Shown here: positions 38,480 through 49,181 of the stretch, one piece after another | Layout: every line of letters starts with the position of its first letter | How positions within the stretch are numbered: the stretch's first letter is position 1 | DNA from: an uncultured Ruminococcus sp. | GTDB taxonomy: Bacteria > Bacillota > Clostridia > Oscillospirales > Acutalibacteraceae | Direction of reading: 5' to 3' | Assembly: GCA_902761375.1 (NCBI GenBank) | Contig: CACWKB010000003.1 | Coordinates: forward strand, 3,545-67,544 | DNA: 64,000 nucleotides | Translations under genes and position numbers: made by a program | The notes under the pieces: generated by a model | What the model was told of the DNA's origin: nothing | What the model saw: only the letters and a program-made list of their open reading frames with translations | Databases searched by the model: none

Positions 38480-40081
38480 TCACCAGTTAAAGATCGTGTC
38501 CCAGTCGGTGTTCCAGCCGCTGTCATTCTGACGGGCATTGTCGTTGAGCTTGGCTGAGGGCTTGTATTCCTCGAGCTGGATGTCAATGTCGATGCTCGAG
38601 CCTCTGCGGTATACAGTCAGGGTGACCGTATCGCCTACCTTGTTGTTTACAAGGGCGCTGCTGATATCGGCGGAGGAAGTGACCGAGGTGCCGTTGACCG
38701 CGGTGATAAGGTCGCCGCGGCGGAAGCCTGCCTTTTCGGCGTTGGAGCCGCTGTTAACGGAGAGGACATAGCAGCCGAGCTGGTTGACGCCGTAATAGAA
38801 CGCGGTGTCGGAGGAGCTGATGTCTACGAAATCCATTCCGAGGTCGATCTTTCCGGTCACATAGCCGTATTCCTGGAGATCCTTGATGATGCCGATGACA
38901 TTGTTGATGGGGATCGCAAAGGCGATGCCCTCTACCTCTGTCGCGCTGTCCTTGGCGTTGACGATACCGATAAGGTTGCCGTTTGCGTCAAACAGTCCGC
39001 CGCCGGAGTTGCCGGGGCTGATCTGGGCGTTTGTCTGGAGCAGGGTCATATTGTTGTTATCAATAGTGACCTCGCGGGCAAGAGCGCTGATGATTCCGTC
39101 GGTGACGGTGCCTCCGAGCGTTCCGAGGGGATTGCCGATAGCGACTACATAGTCGCCTACCGCAAGCGCGGAGCTGTCGCCGAGAGTCGCCGGGCTGAGC
39201 CCCTGGGCGTCGATTTTGATAAGCGCGATATCGTTTGACTCGTCGCTGCCGATCAGAGTGGCGTCATAGGTGGTAGTGCCGTCTCTGAGGGTAACTGTGA
39301 TGGTATTCGCGTCGTCGATGACGTGATGGTTGGTGATGATATATCCGTCCTCTGAGATGATAACGCCCGAGCCTGCGCCGCTGACTACATACTGGCGGTT
39401 GAACGAGCCTGTCACTACGCCCTCGGTGGCGATCTCAACCACGCTGTCGGCTGTCTTTTTGACGATATCCGAGGTGGTGGTCGCGGTCACGGAGGAGGAA
39501 CCGCTGTGGGTGGCTTCGCTGTCGCCCGAGGAGGTGACCTGCTTGACGTTGAGCGTACCGCCGGTCGTGGGCTCGGTGTTCTTGCTGTTCATCGAGCTTG
39601 CGAACAATCCGCCACCGAAGCCGAGCGCCGCGGAAGAAAGCACCGTGATCGCCAGCATAGCGGCGACGAAGCCGCGCGACGCGGGCTTTTTCTCCTTCTT
39701 GGGCTTCTTATGATTCCGGGGAGCCGATGAATGCTGAGGAGAAGCCTGAGCCTTTTGCTGAGGGGCTCCGTAATTGGGAGCCGAGGAATACGGATTATAG
39801 GTTCCCGAGGTCGTTGAGCCGGTTTTTCTCGGATCGGGAGTATAGGCGCTGTAGCTGCGGTCGGAGGACGGCGCGTCGTAATTGTTGGGGTTGTGCGGAG
39901 AGGTGCTGTTCTGACCGTTGATATATGAGTAGCGATACTCTCCCAAACGCTGTCCGGCGTTCCACTCGTAAGCTCCCTCGGACGAAGCTTCCGTTGCGGG
40001 CTCCGAAGGTCTTGAGGAAGCGTTCTCGCTGCCGCTGACGTTTGATTTGCTGAAGAAATCGTCGTTGAAATGATCTGACAT
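38480..40081 (-). CDS. htrA: HtrA/DegP-like membrane serine protease with PDZ domain
   Basis: GSGVII, TNHHV, DIALIK, GNPLG, PGNSGG; single TM; C-terminal PDZ. Confidence 0.92.
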   Translation of the reverse strand: MSDHFNDDFFSKSNVSGSENASSRPSEPATEASSEGAYEWNAGQRLGEYRYSYINGQNSTSPHNPNNYDAPSSDRSYSAYTPDPRKTGSTTSGTYNPYSSAPNYGAPQQKAQASPQHSSAPRNHKKPKKEKKPASRGFVAAMLAITVLSSAALGFGGGLFASSMNSKNTEPTTGGTLNVKQVTSSGDSEATHSGSSSVTATTTSDIVKKTADSVVEIATEGVVTGSFNRQYVVSGAGSGVIISEDGYIITNHHVIDDANTITVTLRDGTTTYDATLIGSDESNDIALIKIDAQGLSPATLGDSSALAVGDYVVAIGNPLGTLGGTVTDGIISALAREVTIDNNNMTLLQTNAQISPGNSGGGLFDANGNLIGIVNAKDSATEVEGIAFAIPINNVIGIIKDLQEYGYVTGKIDLGMDFVDISSSDTAFYYGVNQLGCYVLSVNSGSNAEKAGFRRGDLITAVNGTSVTSSADISSALVNNKVGDTVTLTVYRRGSSIDIDIQLEEYKPSAKLNDNARQNDSGWNTDWDTIFNW

Positions 40082-40139
40082 AATCGTTACCTCCTATTTA
40101 TCTGACAGGGGTATCAAAGCCTCTGTTGTTTTCGATGGT

Positions 40140-40186
40140 ATTATCATATTCCCCCAAAGTGAAAACTATATGAAATACGGTTGAAA
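40140..40186 (-). promoter_or_regulatory. Three 11-bp-spaced TTTCA repeats upstream of htrA -10 (OmpR/CssR-like site)
   Basis: TGAAA (+) at 40160, 40171 and 40182; GATAAT -10 at 40140-40145. Confidence 0.55.
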
Positions 40187-40279
40187 TATTTTTGTTTTTT
40201 ATTTGCAGTTTTTTAGAATAAACAGTGAAAAATGTGCAGATCGCTTTTTAGGGTGCATACTCTGCCGAATAAATATGAA

Positions 40280-40310
40280 AGGCAGCGCGTTTTATAGCCA
40301 CGCGCTGCCT
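40280..40310 (-). terminator. Terminator after typA-exonuclease
   Basis: AGGCAGCGCGT/ACGCGCTGCCT stem. Confidence 0.75.
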
Positions 40311-40335
40311 CAATTCAAGTCGTTATCTTATGTAT

Positions 40336-41220
40336 TCATGTGTCGGCAGGCTTGGGTTCGATCGATTTTTTGACCTTCTCGGGCATTTCGAGGATGCGTT
40401 TGCTGACGACCACAGTATCGTATTTCTGCTTGAAGGCTATCCTGCCGATAAATTTGCGCCGACAGTTTTTGCAGTAGAATTCCGAGGTGAAGTGCTTGTT
40501 GTGCATCTTCCATTTTTTCATGCGCTTGGCGGGAGCCCCGCACTTATCGCAGCAGAAGCGCAGCTCGTTCTTATCCACCGCCGGGTCGCTGAGGCTGGTG
40601 ATGAACCGGTTCTTGAAGGTGAGGCACTCGTAAAAGCTCTCGGTCTCCGCGTCGAGCACACAGCTCTCGAGCGGATAATCGCCGATGCAGCGTTTAAGAC
40701 AGGCAAGGCTCAGATACGCGTCCGCGTCGGCGCGGTGCTGCTCGTCCTCGGAGAACTCGATCCCGAGGCGCTCGGCACAGGCTCCGAGCCCGATCTGGTT
40801 GCCCTCGTCATAGATGCCCATAGCCTTCTCGCAGAATACCTGCAGGTCGCAGTAGCGGTTGAGAAACGGAATGTGGTAGTCGCCGGTGTAGAAATTATAG
40901 TTCTCCATCAGCGTAAAAAGGTCGGAGGTCCCCCATGTCATGAGGATATCGCCGGCGAGAAATTCCGAAAAGCTTTCGCTCGCCTTCTGAAAGCTCACTC
41001 CGCTCTTTTTCAGCTCCTCAAAGCTGATCTTTGTCAGAGCCTTTACGCGGGTATTCATCCTTTTGCCGATCTTCGGCGATACCAATGCCGAAAAGCTGTC
41101 GATTATATTAAGCTCCTCATCGAGCTTCAGCGCGCCGAATTCAATGATCTCGTTCACGAATTTGTGCGCCGATTTGCTGTAAGAGCCGTTCCATTCCAGA
41201 TCGAGGATCACATAGCTCAT
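40336..41220 (-). CDS. DEDDh 3'-5' exonuclease (KapD/ERI-like) with C-terminal Zn ribbon
   Basis: ILDLEWN, EIIEFGA, TWGTSD, HRADADA; CDKC..CKNC. Confidence 0.85.
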   Translation of the reverse strand: MSYVILDLEWNGSYSKSAHKFVNEIIEFGALKLDEELNIIDSFSALVSPKIGKRMNTRVKALTKISFEELKKSGVSFQKASESFSEFLAGDILMTWGTSDLFTLMENYNFYTGDYHIPFLNRYCDLQVFCEKAMGIYDEGNQIGLGACAERLGIEFSEDEQHRADADAYLSLACLKRCIGDYPLESCVLDAETESFYECLTFKNRFITSLSDPAVDKNELRFCCDKCGAPAKRMKKWKMHNKHFTSEFYCKNCRRKFIGRIAFKQKYDTVVVSKRILEMPEKVKKSIEPKPADT

Positions 41221-43037
41221 TTCTTGCGGAATGCCTGCTTCATTCTCTGCTCCTTTGAAAGTATCCGCTTTCTCATGCGGATGCTCTCGGGAGTCACCTC
41301 GACAAGCTCGTCGTCGGCGATAAACTCGAGGCACTGCTCGAGCGACATGATCGTAGGAGGCGTAAGCTTGAGCGCGTCGTCCGAGCCCGACGCACGGGTA
41401 TTTGTGATATGCTTTTTCTTGCAGACGTTTACGGTGATGTCCTCGGACTTGGGACTTGCGCCCACGATCATTCCCTCATAGACGGGCACGCCCGCGCCGA
41501 TAAAGAGTCTGCCTCTCTCCTGCGCGGCATACAGACCGTAGGTCACGGCGTCGCCGGTCTCAAAGGCAATCAGAGAGCCCTGATGACGGGTCACGATCTC
41601 GCCCTTCCACGGCTCGTAGCCGTCGAAAACGTGGTTCATGATACCGTTGCCGTTGGTATCGGTCAAAAACTCGGGGCGATAGCCCATGAGTCCTCGCGCG
41701 GGAATGCGGAATTCTATGTGGGTCACGCCGCCGTCGCGGGTTCCCATATTGATAAGCTCCGCCTTGCGCGAGCCGAGCTTCTCCATGACCGCGCCCACAT
41801 AAGCGTCGGGGACTTCGACGATCAGATATTCCATAGGCTCGCAGAGCTTGCCGTCGACGGTCTTGGTGATGACCTCGGGGCGCGACACCTGAAACTCAAA
41901 GTTCTGGCGGCGCATGGTCTCGATCAGGATAGACAGATGCAGCTCGCCTCTGCCCGATACCTTGAAGGTGTCGGCGCTGTCGGTCTCCTCGACGCGCAGC
42001 GCGATGTTGGTCTCCGTTTCCTTGAAAAGCCTGTCGCGGATATTGCGCGAGGTCACGTACTTGCCCTCGCGTCCGGCGAAGGGCGAATTATTGACCATGA
42101 AGTTCATCGTTACGGTCGGCTCGTCGATTTTGACGAAGGGCAGCGGCTCTACGCAGTCGGTGGAGCAGAGCGTTTCGCCTATATTGATGTCCTGAACGCC
42201 GCTGATGCATACGAGATCGCCGAGCTTTGCCTCGTCGCACTCGATGCGCTTGAGCCCCTCGAATTGATAGAGCTTGCCGATCCTGACGTTCTTGACAGTG
42301 CCGTCGGTGTGACAAAGGGTCACGGTCTGACCGTTCTTGACCATGCCGCGCTCTACCCTTCCCACGCCGATCCTTCCGACGTAGTTGTCGGCGTCGATGT
42401 TAGAGATGAGAATTTGCAACCCGCCGTCGAAATCGCCCTCGGGAGCCGGTATCTCGTTAACTATCGCCTCGAAAAGCGCGGTCATGTCGCCGCCGAGGTC
42501 GTTGTAATCGACTCCGGAATAGCCGTCGCGGGCTGAGGCGTAGATCACGGGGAACTCGAGCTGATCCTCGTCAGCGCCGAGCTCGATGAAGAGGTCGAGC
42601 ACCTCGTCGACGACCTCCTCGGGACGAGCGCCGGGACGGTCGATCTTGTTGAGTACAACAAGGGGCTTTTTGCCGAGTCCGAGTGCCTTTTTGAGCACAA
42701 AGCGGGTCTGGGGCATGCAGCCCTCGAACGCGTCGACGAGCAGCACAACGCCGTCGACCATCTGTAAAATACGCTCGACCTCGCCGCCGAAATCGGCGTG
42801 TCCGGGCGTGTCGACTATGTTGATCTTGATGCCGTTGTATTTCACGGCGGTGGGCTTTGAGAGGATGGTGATTCCCCTCTCGCGCTCAAGATCATTTGAA
42901 TCCATTACGCGCTCCTCGACGTTCTCGTTCTCGCGGAATACTCCGCTCTGACGCAGAAGCTGATCGACAAGCGTGGTCTTGCCGTGATCGACGTGCGCGA
43001 TAATGGCGATATTTCTTAAATCTTCTCTTACACTCAT
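41217..43037 (-). CDS. typA: Translational GTPase TypA/BipA
   Basis: AHVDHGKT, RGITI, DTPGHADFGGEVER, NKID, GRGELHL. Confidence 0.97.
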   Translation of the reverse strand: MSVREDLRNIAIIAHVDHGKTTLVDQLLRQSGVFRENENVEERVMDSNDLERERGITILSKPTAVKYNGIKINIVDTPGHADFGGEVERILQMVDGVVLLVDAFEGCMPQTRFVLKKALGLGKKPLVVLNKIDRPGARPEEVVDEVLDLFIELGADEDQLEFPVIYASARDGYSGVDYNDLGGDMTALFEAIVNEIPAPEGDFDGGLQILISNIDADNYVGRIGVGRVERGMVKNGQTVTLCHTDGTVKNVRIGKLYQFEGLKRIECDEAKLGDLVCISGVQDINIGETLCSTDCVEPLPFVKIDEPTVTMNFMVNNSPFAGREGKYVTSRNIRDRLFKETETNIALRVEETDSADTFKVSGRGELHLSILIETMRRQNFEFQVSRPEVITKTVDGKLCEPMEYLIVEVPDAYVGAVMEKLGSRKAELINMGTRDGGVTHIEFRIPARGLMGYRPEFLTDTNGNGIMNHVFDGYEPWKGEIVTRHQGSLIAFETGDAVTYGLYAAQERGRLFIGAGVPVYEGMIVGASPKSEDITVNVCKKKHITNTRASGSDDALKLTPPTIMSLEQCLEFIADDELVEVTPESIRMRKRILSKEQRMKQAFRKK

Positions 43038-43210
43038 AAAAACACTCCGAATAAAAATATATTACATACATATTTATTATAGCACCGCGCCTCGACGTTT
43101 TCAACTTTAATTTTATATCACATTTTCTCCTTTGAGACCTTATATTTTGAAGAATTTCCCCAATTCGCCGAAAAAACTCTATATTTTGTATATATCGGGA
43201 TATTTTTTGC

Positions 43211-43245
43211 TTTACAACAACTAAAGATTGTTATATAATTAACGT
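43211..43245 (+). promoter_or_regulatory. sigma-A promoter of acn-icd-rex with overlapping candidate Rex operator
   Basis: TTTACA-N17-TATAAT; TTGTTAT-ATAA-TTAACGT at 43228-43245. Confidence 0.6.
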
Positions 43246-43290
43246 GGTGTTTCATAAGTGAAACTAAGCTAATACAACGGAGGTAATTTT

Positions 43291-45222
43291 ATGGGCTTTA
43301 CAATCGCGCAGAAAATTATTAAAGAGCACCTTGTCAGCGGCGAAATGACCGTTGGCAGCGACATCGGTCTGAGGATCGACCAGACCCTTACCCAGGACGC
43401 TACCGGAACCATGGCGTATATCGAATATGAGGCTATGGGCATTCCGAGAGTCAAAACCGAAAAGAGCGTCGCATATATCGACCACAACACCCTTCAGACG
43501 GGCTTTGAGAACGCCGACGATCACCGCTTTATCCAGTCGGTCTGCAAAAAGCACGGCATCTACTTCTCCCGTCCCGGCAACGGCATCTGCCATCAGGTCC
43601 ATCTTGAGCGCTTCGGCAAGCCCGGAAAGACCCTGATCGGCTCCGACAGCCACACTCCCACAGGCGGCGGTATCGGAATGCTCGCCATCGGCGCCGGCGG
43701 ACTCGACGTCGCTGTCGCTATGGGCGGAGGAGCATATTACATCACCATGCCCAAAATGGTTCGCGTCAACCTCACCGGCAAGCTCAGCCCGTGGGTATCG
43801 GCAAAGGACATCATCCTCGCCGTGCTCAGAGTAATGAGCGTCAAGGGCGGCGTGGGCAAGATCGTAGAGTACGGCGGCGAGGGCGTCAAGACCCTTACCG
43901 TACCCGAGAGAGCCACCATCACCAACATGGGCGCCGAGCTCGGCGCGACCACCTCGGTATTCCCGAGCGACGAGATAACAAGAGCCTTCCTCAAGGCTCA
44001 GGACAGAGAAGAGGATTACGTTGAGCTGAGCGCGGACGCGGACGCCGTATACGACGAGGTTATCGAGATCGACCTCAGCGAGCTCGAGCCGCTTGCCGCC
44101 TGCCCCCACTCCCCCGACAACATCAAGACGATCAAAGAGCTCGAGGGCAAGACCGTAGATCAGGTCTGCATCGGCTCCTGCACCAACTCGAGCTACCTCG
44201 ACATGATGCGCGTCGCGCACATCCTAAAGGGCAAAAAGGTAGCCGACAACGTATCGTTAGCTATCGCACCCGGCAGCAAGCAGGTATTCAATATGCTCGC
44301 TCTCAACGGCGCTTTGGGCGACATGATCGCCGCCGGAGCGCGTATCCTCGAGAGCGCCTGCGGCCCCTGCATCGGCATGGGTCAGTCGCCCAACAGCAAG
44401 GGCGTTTCGCTGAGAACCTTCAACCGCAACTTTGAGGGCAGAAGCGGCACCGCCGACGGTCAGATCTACCTTGTATCTCCCGAGACCGCCGCGGTCTCGG
44501 CGATCAACGGCGTATTCACCGACCCGAGAAGCCTCGGAGCCGCCGCAGAGATCGAACTGCCCGAAAAATTCCTTATCAACGACAACATGGTCATCGCTCC
44601 CGCTCCCGTCGAGGAGATGGACAGCGTCGAGATCCTCAGAGGTCCCAACATCAAGGAGTATCCGAAAACCAGTCCGCTGACCGATTCAATTGAAGCCTCC
44701 TGCTCGCTCAAGGTCGGCGACAACATCACCACCGATCACATCATGCCCGCAGGCGCGAAGATACTTCCCCTGCGATCCAATATCCCGAAAATCAGCGAGC
44801 ACTGCTTCACCGTCTGCGACAAGGAGTTCCCCTCCAGGGCAAAGGCGCTCGGAAAGAGCATCATCGTCGGCGGCGAGAACTACGGTCAGGGCTCCTCGCG
44901 CGAGCACGCGGCGCTGGCTCCCCTGTTCCTCGGCGTAAAGGCTGTGCTGGTAAAGAGCTTTGCCCGCATCCACAAGAGCAACCTCATCAACGCCGGAATC
45001 CTGCCGCTGACCTTCAAGGACGCTGCCGATTACGATAAGATCAAGCTCGGCGATATGCTTGAGCTGCCCGAGGTCAAGGCGGAGATCGCCGCCGCTAAGA
45101 ATGTGACCGTAGTCAACAAGACCACGGGCGAGACCATTATCGCTGAGTGCGAGCTCTCCGACAGGACCCGCGCGATCATCATCGCGGGCGGACTGCTCGA
45201 TTATACAAAGGAGAACAGCTAA
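43291..45222 (+). CDS. acnA: Aconitate hydratase
   Basis: TQDATGT, DHN, GICHQVH, DSHT, GSCTN, CGPCIG, TTDHI, GSSREHA; followed by icd. Confidence 0.92.
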   Translation: MGFTIAQKIIKEHLVSGEMTVGSDIGLRIDQTLTQDATGTMAYIEYEAMGIPRVKTEKSVAYIDHNTLQTGFENADDHRFIQSVCKKHGIYFSRPGNGICHQVHLERFGKPGKTLIGSDSHTPTGGGIGMLAIGAGGLDVAVAMGGGAYYITMPKMVRVNLTGKLSPWVSAKDIILAVLRVMSVKGGVGKIVEYGGEGVKTLTVPERATITNMGAELGATTSVFPSDEITRAFLKAQDREEDYVELSADADAVYDEVIEIDLSELEPLAACPHSPDNIKTIKELEGKTVDQVCIGSCTNSSYLDMMRVAHILKGKKVADNVSLAIAPGSKQVFNMLALNGALGDMIAAGARILESACGPCIGMGQSPNSKGVSLRTFNRNFEGRSGTADGQIYLVSPETAAVSAINGVFTDPRSLGAAAEIELPEKFLINDNMVIAPAPVEEMDSVEILRGPNIKEYPKTSPLTDSIEASCSLKVGDNITTDHIMPAGAKILPLRSNIPKISEHCFTVCDKEFPSRAKALGKSIIVGGENYGQGSSREHAALAPLFLGVKAVLVKSFARIHKSNLINAGILPLTFKDAADYDKIKLGDMLELPEVKAEIAAAKNVTVVNKTTGETIIAECELSDRTRAIIIAGGLLDYTKENS

Positions 45223-45225
45223 GCC

Positions 45226-46434
45226 ATGGAAAAGATAAAAATGACAACGCCGCTCGTCGAAATGGACGGCGACGAAATGACCAGAGTTATCTGGAAGCAA
45301 TTAAAGGATATCCTCATCCTCCCCTATGTCGACTTAAAGACCGAATACTATGATCTCGGACTCAAGCACCGCAACGAGACCGACGATCAGGTCACAGTCG
45401 ACAGCGCCAACGCCACCAAGCGTCTCGGCGTGGCGGTAAAGTGCGCGACCATCACTCCCAACGCCGCGAGGATGACCGAATATGACCTGAAGAGTATGTG
45501 GAAGTCCCCCAACGGCACCATCCGCGCCATACTCGACGGCACGGTATTCAGAAGCCCGATCCTCGTCAAGGGCGTTACCCCCTATATCCCCACCTGGAAG
45601 AAGCCCATCTGCATCGCGCGTCACGCCTACGGCGACGTCTACAAGAACACCGAGATGCGCGTCGAGGGCGGCAGCAAGGCGGAGCTCTGCGTTACCAAGC
45701 CCGACGGCACCGAGGAGCGCAGCCTGATCTTCGACTTCACCTCGGACGGTATCATCCAGGGTATGCACAACATCGACAAGAGCATTTCCTCCTTTGCGAG
45801 AAGCTGCTTCAACTATGCCCTCGATCAGAAGCTCGACGTATGGTTCGCCGCAAAGGACACCATCAGCAAGACCTACGATCACCGCTTCAAGGATATCTTC
45901 GCGGAGATCTTCGAGGACGAGTACAAGGACAAATTCGCCGACGCCGGCATCACCTACTTCTACACCCTGATAGACGACGCCGTTGCGCGCGTTATCCGCA
46001 GCGAGGGCGGCTATATGTGGGCTTGCAAGAACTACGACGGCGACGTAATGAGCGATATGATAGCGACCGCCTTCGGTTCTCTCGCCATGATGACCAGCGT
46101 GCTGGTCTCTCCCGACGGTATTTATGAATTCGAAGCGGCTCACGGCACCGTTCAGCGCCATTACTACAAGTACCTCAAGGGCGAGGAGACCTCGACCAAC
46201 TCCGTCGCCACGATCTTCGCCTGGACGGGCGCGCTCAGAAAGCGCGGCGAGCTCGACAAGCTTCCCGAGCTGTCCGCCTTTGCCGACAAGCTCGAGGCGG
46301 CTACCATCAAGACCATCGAGGACGGCGTCATGACCGGCGACCTGTATCTTATCTCCTCGCTCGAAAACAAGCAGAAGGTAAGCACAACAGAATTCCTCAT
46401 GGCTGTAAACGAAAGACTTGCAGCTTCCCTTTGA
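45226..46434 (+). CDS. icd: NADP-dependent isocitrate dehydrogenase
   Basis: DGDEMTR, KCATITP, SPNGTIR, RHAYGD, KNYDGD, EAAHGTV. Confidence 0.97.
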   Translation: MEKIKMTTPLVEMDGDEMTRVIWKQLKDILILPYVDLKTEYYDLGLKHRNETDDQVTVDSANATKRLGVAVKCATITPNAARMTEYDLKSMWKSPNGTIRAILDGTVFRSPILVKGVTPYIPTWKKPICIARHAYGDVYKNTEMRVEGGSKAELCVTKPDGTEERSLIFDFTSDGIIQGMHNIDKSISSFARSCFNYALDQKLDVWFAAKDTISKTYDHRFKDIFAEIFEDEYKDKFADAGITYFYTLIDDAVARVIRSEGGYMWACKNYDGDVMSDMIATAFGSLAMMTSVLVSPDGIYEFEAAHGTVQRHYYKYLKGEETSTNSVATIFAWTGALRKRGELDKLPELSAFADKLEAATIKTIEDGVMTGDLYLISSLENKQKVSTTEFLMAVNERLAASL

Positions 46435-46455
46435 GAAAAAGAGGTAATATGAGTC

Positions 46456-47097
46456 ATGCCGAAAAATGACAGCATTTCCATGTCGGTCATCAGGCGTTTG
46501 CCGCGTTACTACAGATTCCTTTCGGAGCTGAGCGATCAGGGGGTCGACAAGATCTCCTCGACCAAGCTTGCGCAGATCATGAACGTGACCGCCTCTCAGG
46601 TGCGGCAGGATCTGAACTGCTTCGGAGGCTTCGGACAGCAGGGCTACGGCTACAGCGTTTCGGGTCTGCGCGACGAGATTAAGCGCATTTTAGGCTTGAA
46701 CAACAGATACCGCGCTGTCCTTATCGGCGCGGGAAACTTCGGCTCCGCGATCGCCAAGTACCTCGATTTCGAGAGGCTCGGCTTCACGCTTGTCGCCTGC
46801 TTTGACAGAGACGAGCAAAAAATCGGCGAACAGCTCGGCGAGCTGACTGTCCGCGACGCAGAAAGCCTCGAGAGCTTCTGCGAGGAGGAGCATATCGACG
46901 CGGCTATCCTCTGCGTTCCGCGTACCTCGGTCGAGGGAGTGCTCGACCGGCTCTACGCCTCGGGAGTAAGGAGCTTCTGGAATTTCAGCCACTATGACAT
47001 TTCGACTCGATATCCCGATGCTGTCGTCGAAAACGTACACCTCAGCGACAGCCTGATGACGCTGTGCTACCGCATGAATAATTCTAATCAAGAATAA
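46456..47097 (+). CDS. rex: Redox-sensing repressor Rex
   Basis: RRLPRYYR, SQVRQDL..FG.FGQQGYGY, GAGNFG Rossmann motif. Confidence 0.95.
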   Translation: MPKNDSISMSVIRRLPRYYRFLSELSDQGVDKISSTKLAQIMNVTASQVRQDLNCFGGFGQQGYGYSVSGLRDEIKRILGLNNRYRAVLIGAGNFGSAIAKYLDFERLGFTLVACFDRDEQKIGEQLGELTVRDAESLESFCEEEHIDAAILCVPRTSVEGVLDRLYASGVRSFWNFSHYDISTRYPDAVVENVHLSDSLMTLCYRMNNSNQE

Positions 47098-47113
47098 TAA
47101 TCGGAGAATAATC

Positions 47114-49181
47114 ATGAAAAGACCGCTTGGATGGATAGGACTTTGCTTCCTGTCTGTTCTTGCGGTCATTTTTTGGTTCGGCGAGGCTTTGATAATGCCG
47201 GTGCTGATCTGCTCGGCGGTGATGTTTGTCTGCGGAATGCTGTTTATCCTTGTGAAGCGGTTTGAAAAGCTAAGGGCATATCTCGCGGTAATCGGCGCGA
47301 CGGCGTTTGTCGCTTCGTCATTTATATTTCTCTATCAGAGGCGAGCCCAAAAGCTTGAAAATACGCGTAAACACCTTCTCGGAATACGATATCTCGGAAT
47401 TTGACGAGATCAGGGCGACTGTTTTTGCCGAAGATTCGGCGAACAGCAAGCTATACAGCCGAAGGATATTTCTCGAGGCATATGAGGACGACGGCTTTGT
47501 ATTTGAAGCGACCGGCGAAACTCACGGCTCGATATATCAGCCTGCGGTCGCAATGCGCAAGGGAATGAAGCGGATCCTCAGCTCCATGCTCTCCGAGACC
47601 GGCAGATCGGTCACGCGAGCCGTTCTGCTCGGCGACAGGCAGGCGCTCGATCCGAAGCTGAGGAAGAGCTTCACACAGAGCGGGATTTCTTATCTCATAG
47701 TGGTCTCGGGAATGCACCTTACCGTTGTTGTCGGACTTATGATGTTCCTGCTTCGCAACCTGCGCAACGTGATCCGCAGTGTCGCGGCGGTCGTCACGGT
47801 GATACTGTTTGCAGCCGTTACGGGCTTTTCGCCCTCGGTCATCCGCGCCGGTATCTGCGTTATCATAACCTACATCGGCTATGCGGTGCTGAGAACCTCG
47901 GACGGCATCACCTCGCTGGGCATCGCGGCGCTTGTGCTGACGGTTACAAATCCGTACTCGGTCGGAGATTTGGGCATGCTGCTCTCCTTCTCGGCAACGC
48001 TCGGTATACTGATGTGGGCTTCTCCTTTATACGATTTCCTTCAGCAAAAGCTGCACCTGACCTACGACAAAAAGGACAGCCCGAAAAGGAAGCGCATAAA
48101 GCGCGTGCTGCTGAGCCTGATCGCACTGCTGACTACCTCTGTCTCGGCTTCGCTGTGGAGCATGCCGATCTCGATACCGGCGTTCGGCAGGATGTCTCCG
48201 CTGGTGGTGCCGATCTCGCTGATCGCCTCTCCCCTCGCCACTCTGATACTGAGCTGCGCCGTATTGCTTATCCCGCTCTCGATACTTCCGAGCATGCACC
48301 TTGCGGCAGGCATACTTGCCTGTATCACCGACGGACTGTGTCTGCTGATCTCGGGCTTTGTTTCGTCGGCGTCAAAGCTCCCGTTCAGCTCCGTCAAGGC
48401 GGACGAGCCGTATATTTATATCTGGCTCGCGGTCAGCATCATCCTTGTGATCGCTGGTATGTTCATCAAAAGAAAGCGCGCATATGTACCGATAGCGGCG
48501 GCGGTCTCGCTGTTCACGCTCTGCGGAGGATGTATTCTCTCGACGGTATTCGCCGACGACGCCACCTTCCTGACCGTGTATCAGAGCGGAAGCGGAACGG
48601 CTGTGGTCTCGCGCAGACTCGACAGCTATTCGGTGCTGTCCTGCGGCGGAAAGAAATATGTCAATCAGCAGATCGCGGATTACATCGAGCTCAGCTCCCC
48701 GGAGCTCGAATGCATGGTACTGCCCAATAAATACAGCCGCTACTCGCAGATAATGCCCTATCTCGTCACTCTCGACGTCAAGTGCGCGGCGGTATTCGAG
48801 GAGGACAGGCAGCACATAGACTGCTTTGAGGCAAGGGAGCTCGAGCCTTATCTGTACGACAGACAAACGAGCTTTTCGGTCGCCCTGAACGGCAAAACCG
48901 CCGACAGGGTGATTAGCACCCCATCGGCGACCTTCCAGTATATTACAGGCGAAGCTACCGCCGCGCTGATCGTTCCCAAGGGCGCAGACGCACAGGAGCT
49001 GCCCGTTGAATATCGCAGCGCGGATATTATTATTATCGAGGACAAGGTCAAAAACGACGATTGTCTGAGCTGCGAAACGCTGATCTACTCGGCGAAGAAC
49101 GCGGATTTGAGCTGTCTTTCGGCGCGTTATGAAACAGCCGTTCCATTAAGCGACAGCAAATACAGCGTGCGGCTACAGTGA
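47114..49181 (+). pseudogene. comEC: ComEC/Rec2 competence channel, frameshifted near 47335-47340
   Basis: N-terminal TM part (47114-) and competence domain (VSGMH, SVIRA, LLSF) are in different frames; downstream frame lacks a convincing start/SD. Confidence 0.78.

Noticed and set aside
38458-38490. Mini-ORF MSGKALFITS after AGAAAGGA on + strand
   Set aside because: SD-ATG spacing too short, antisense to the htrA end, and no promoter support
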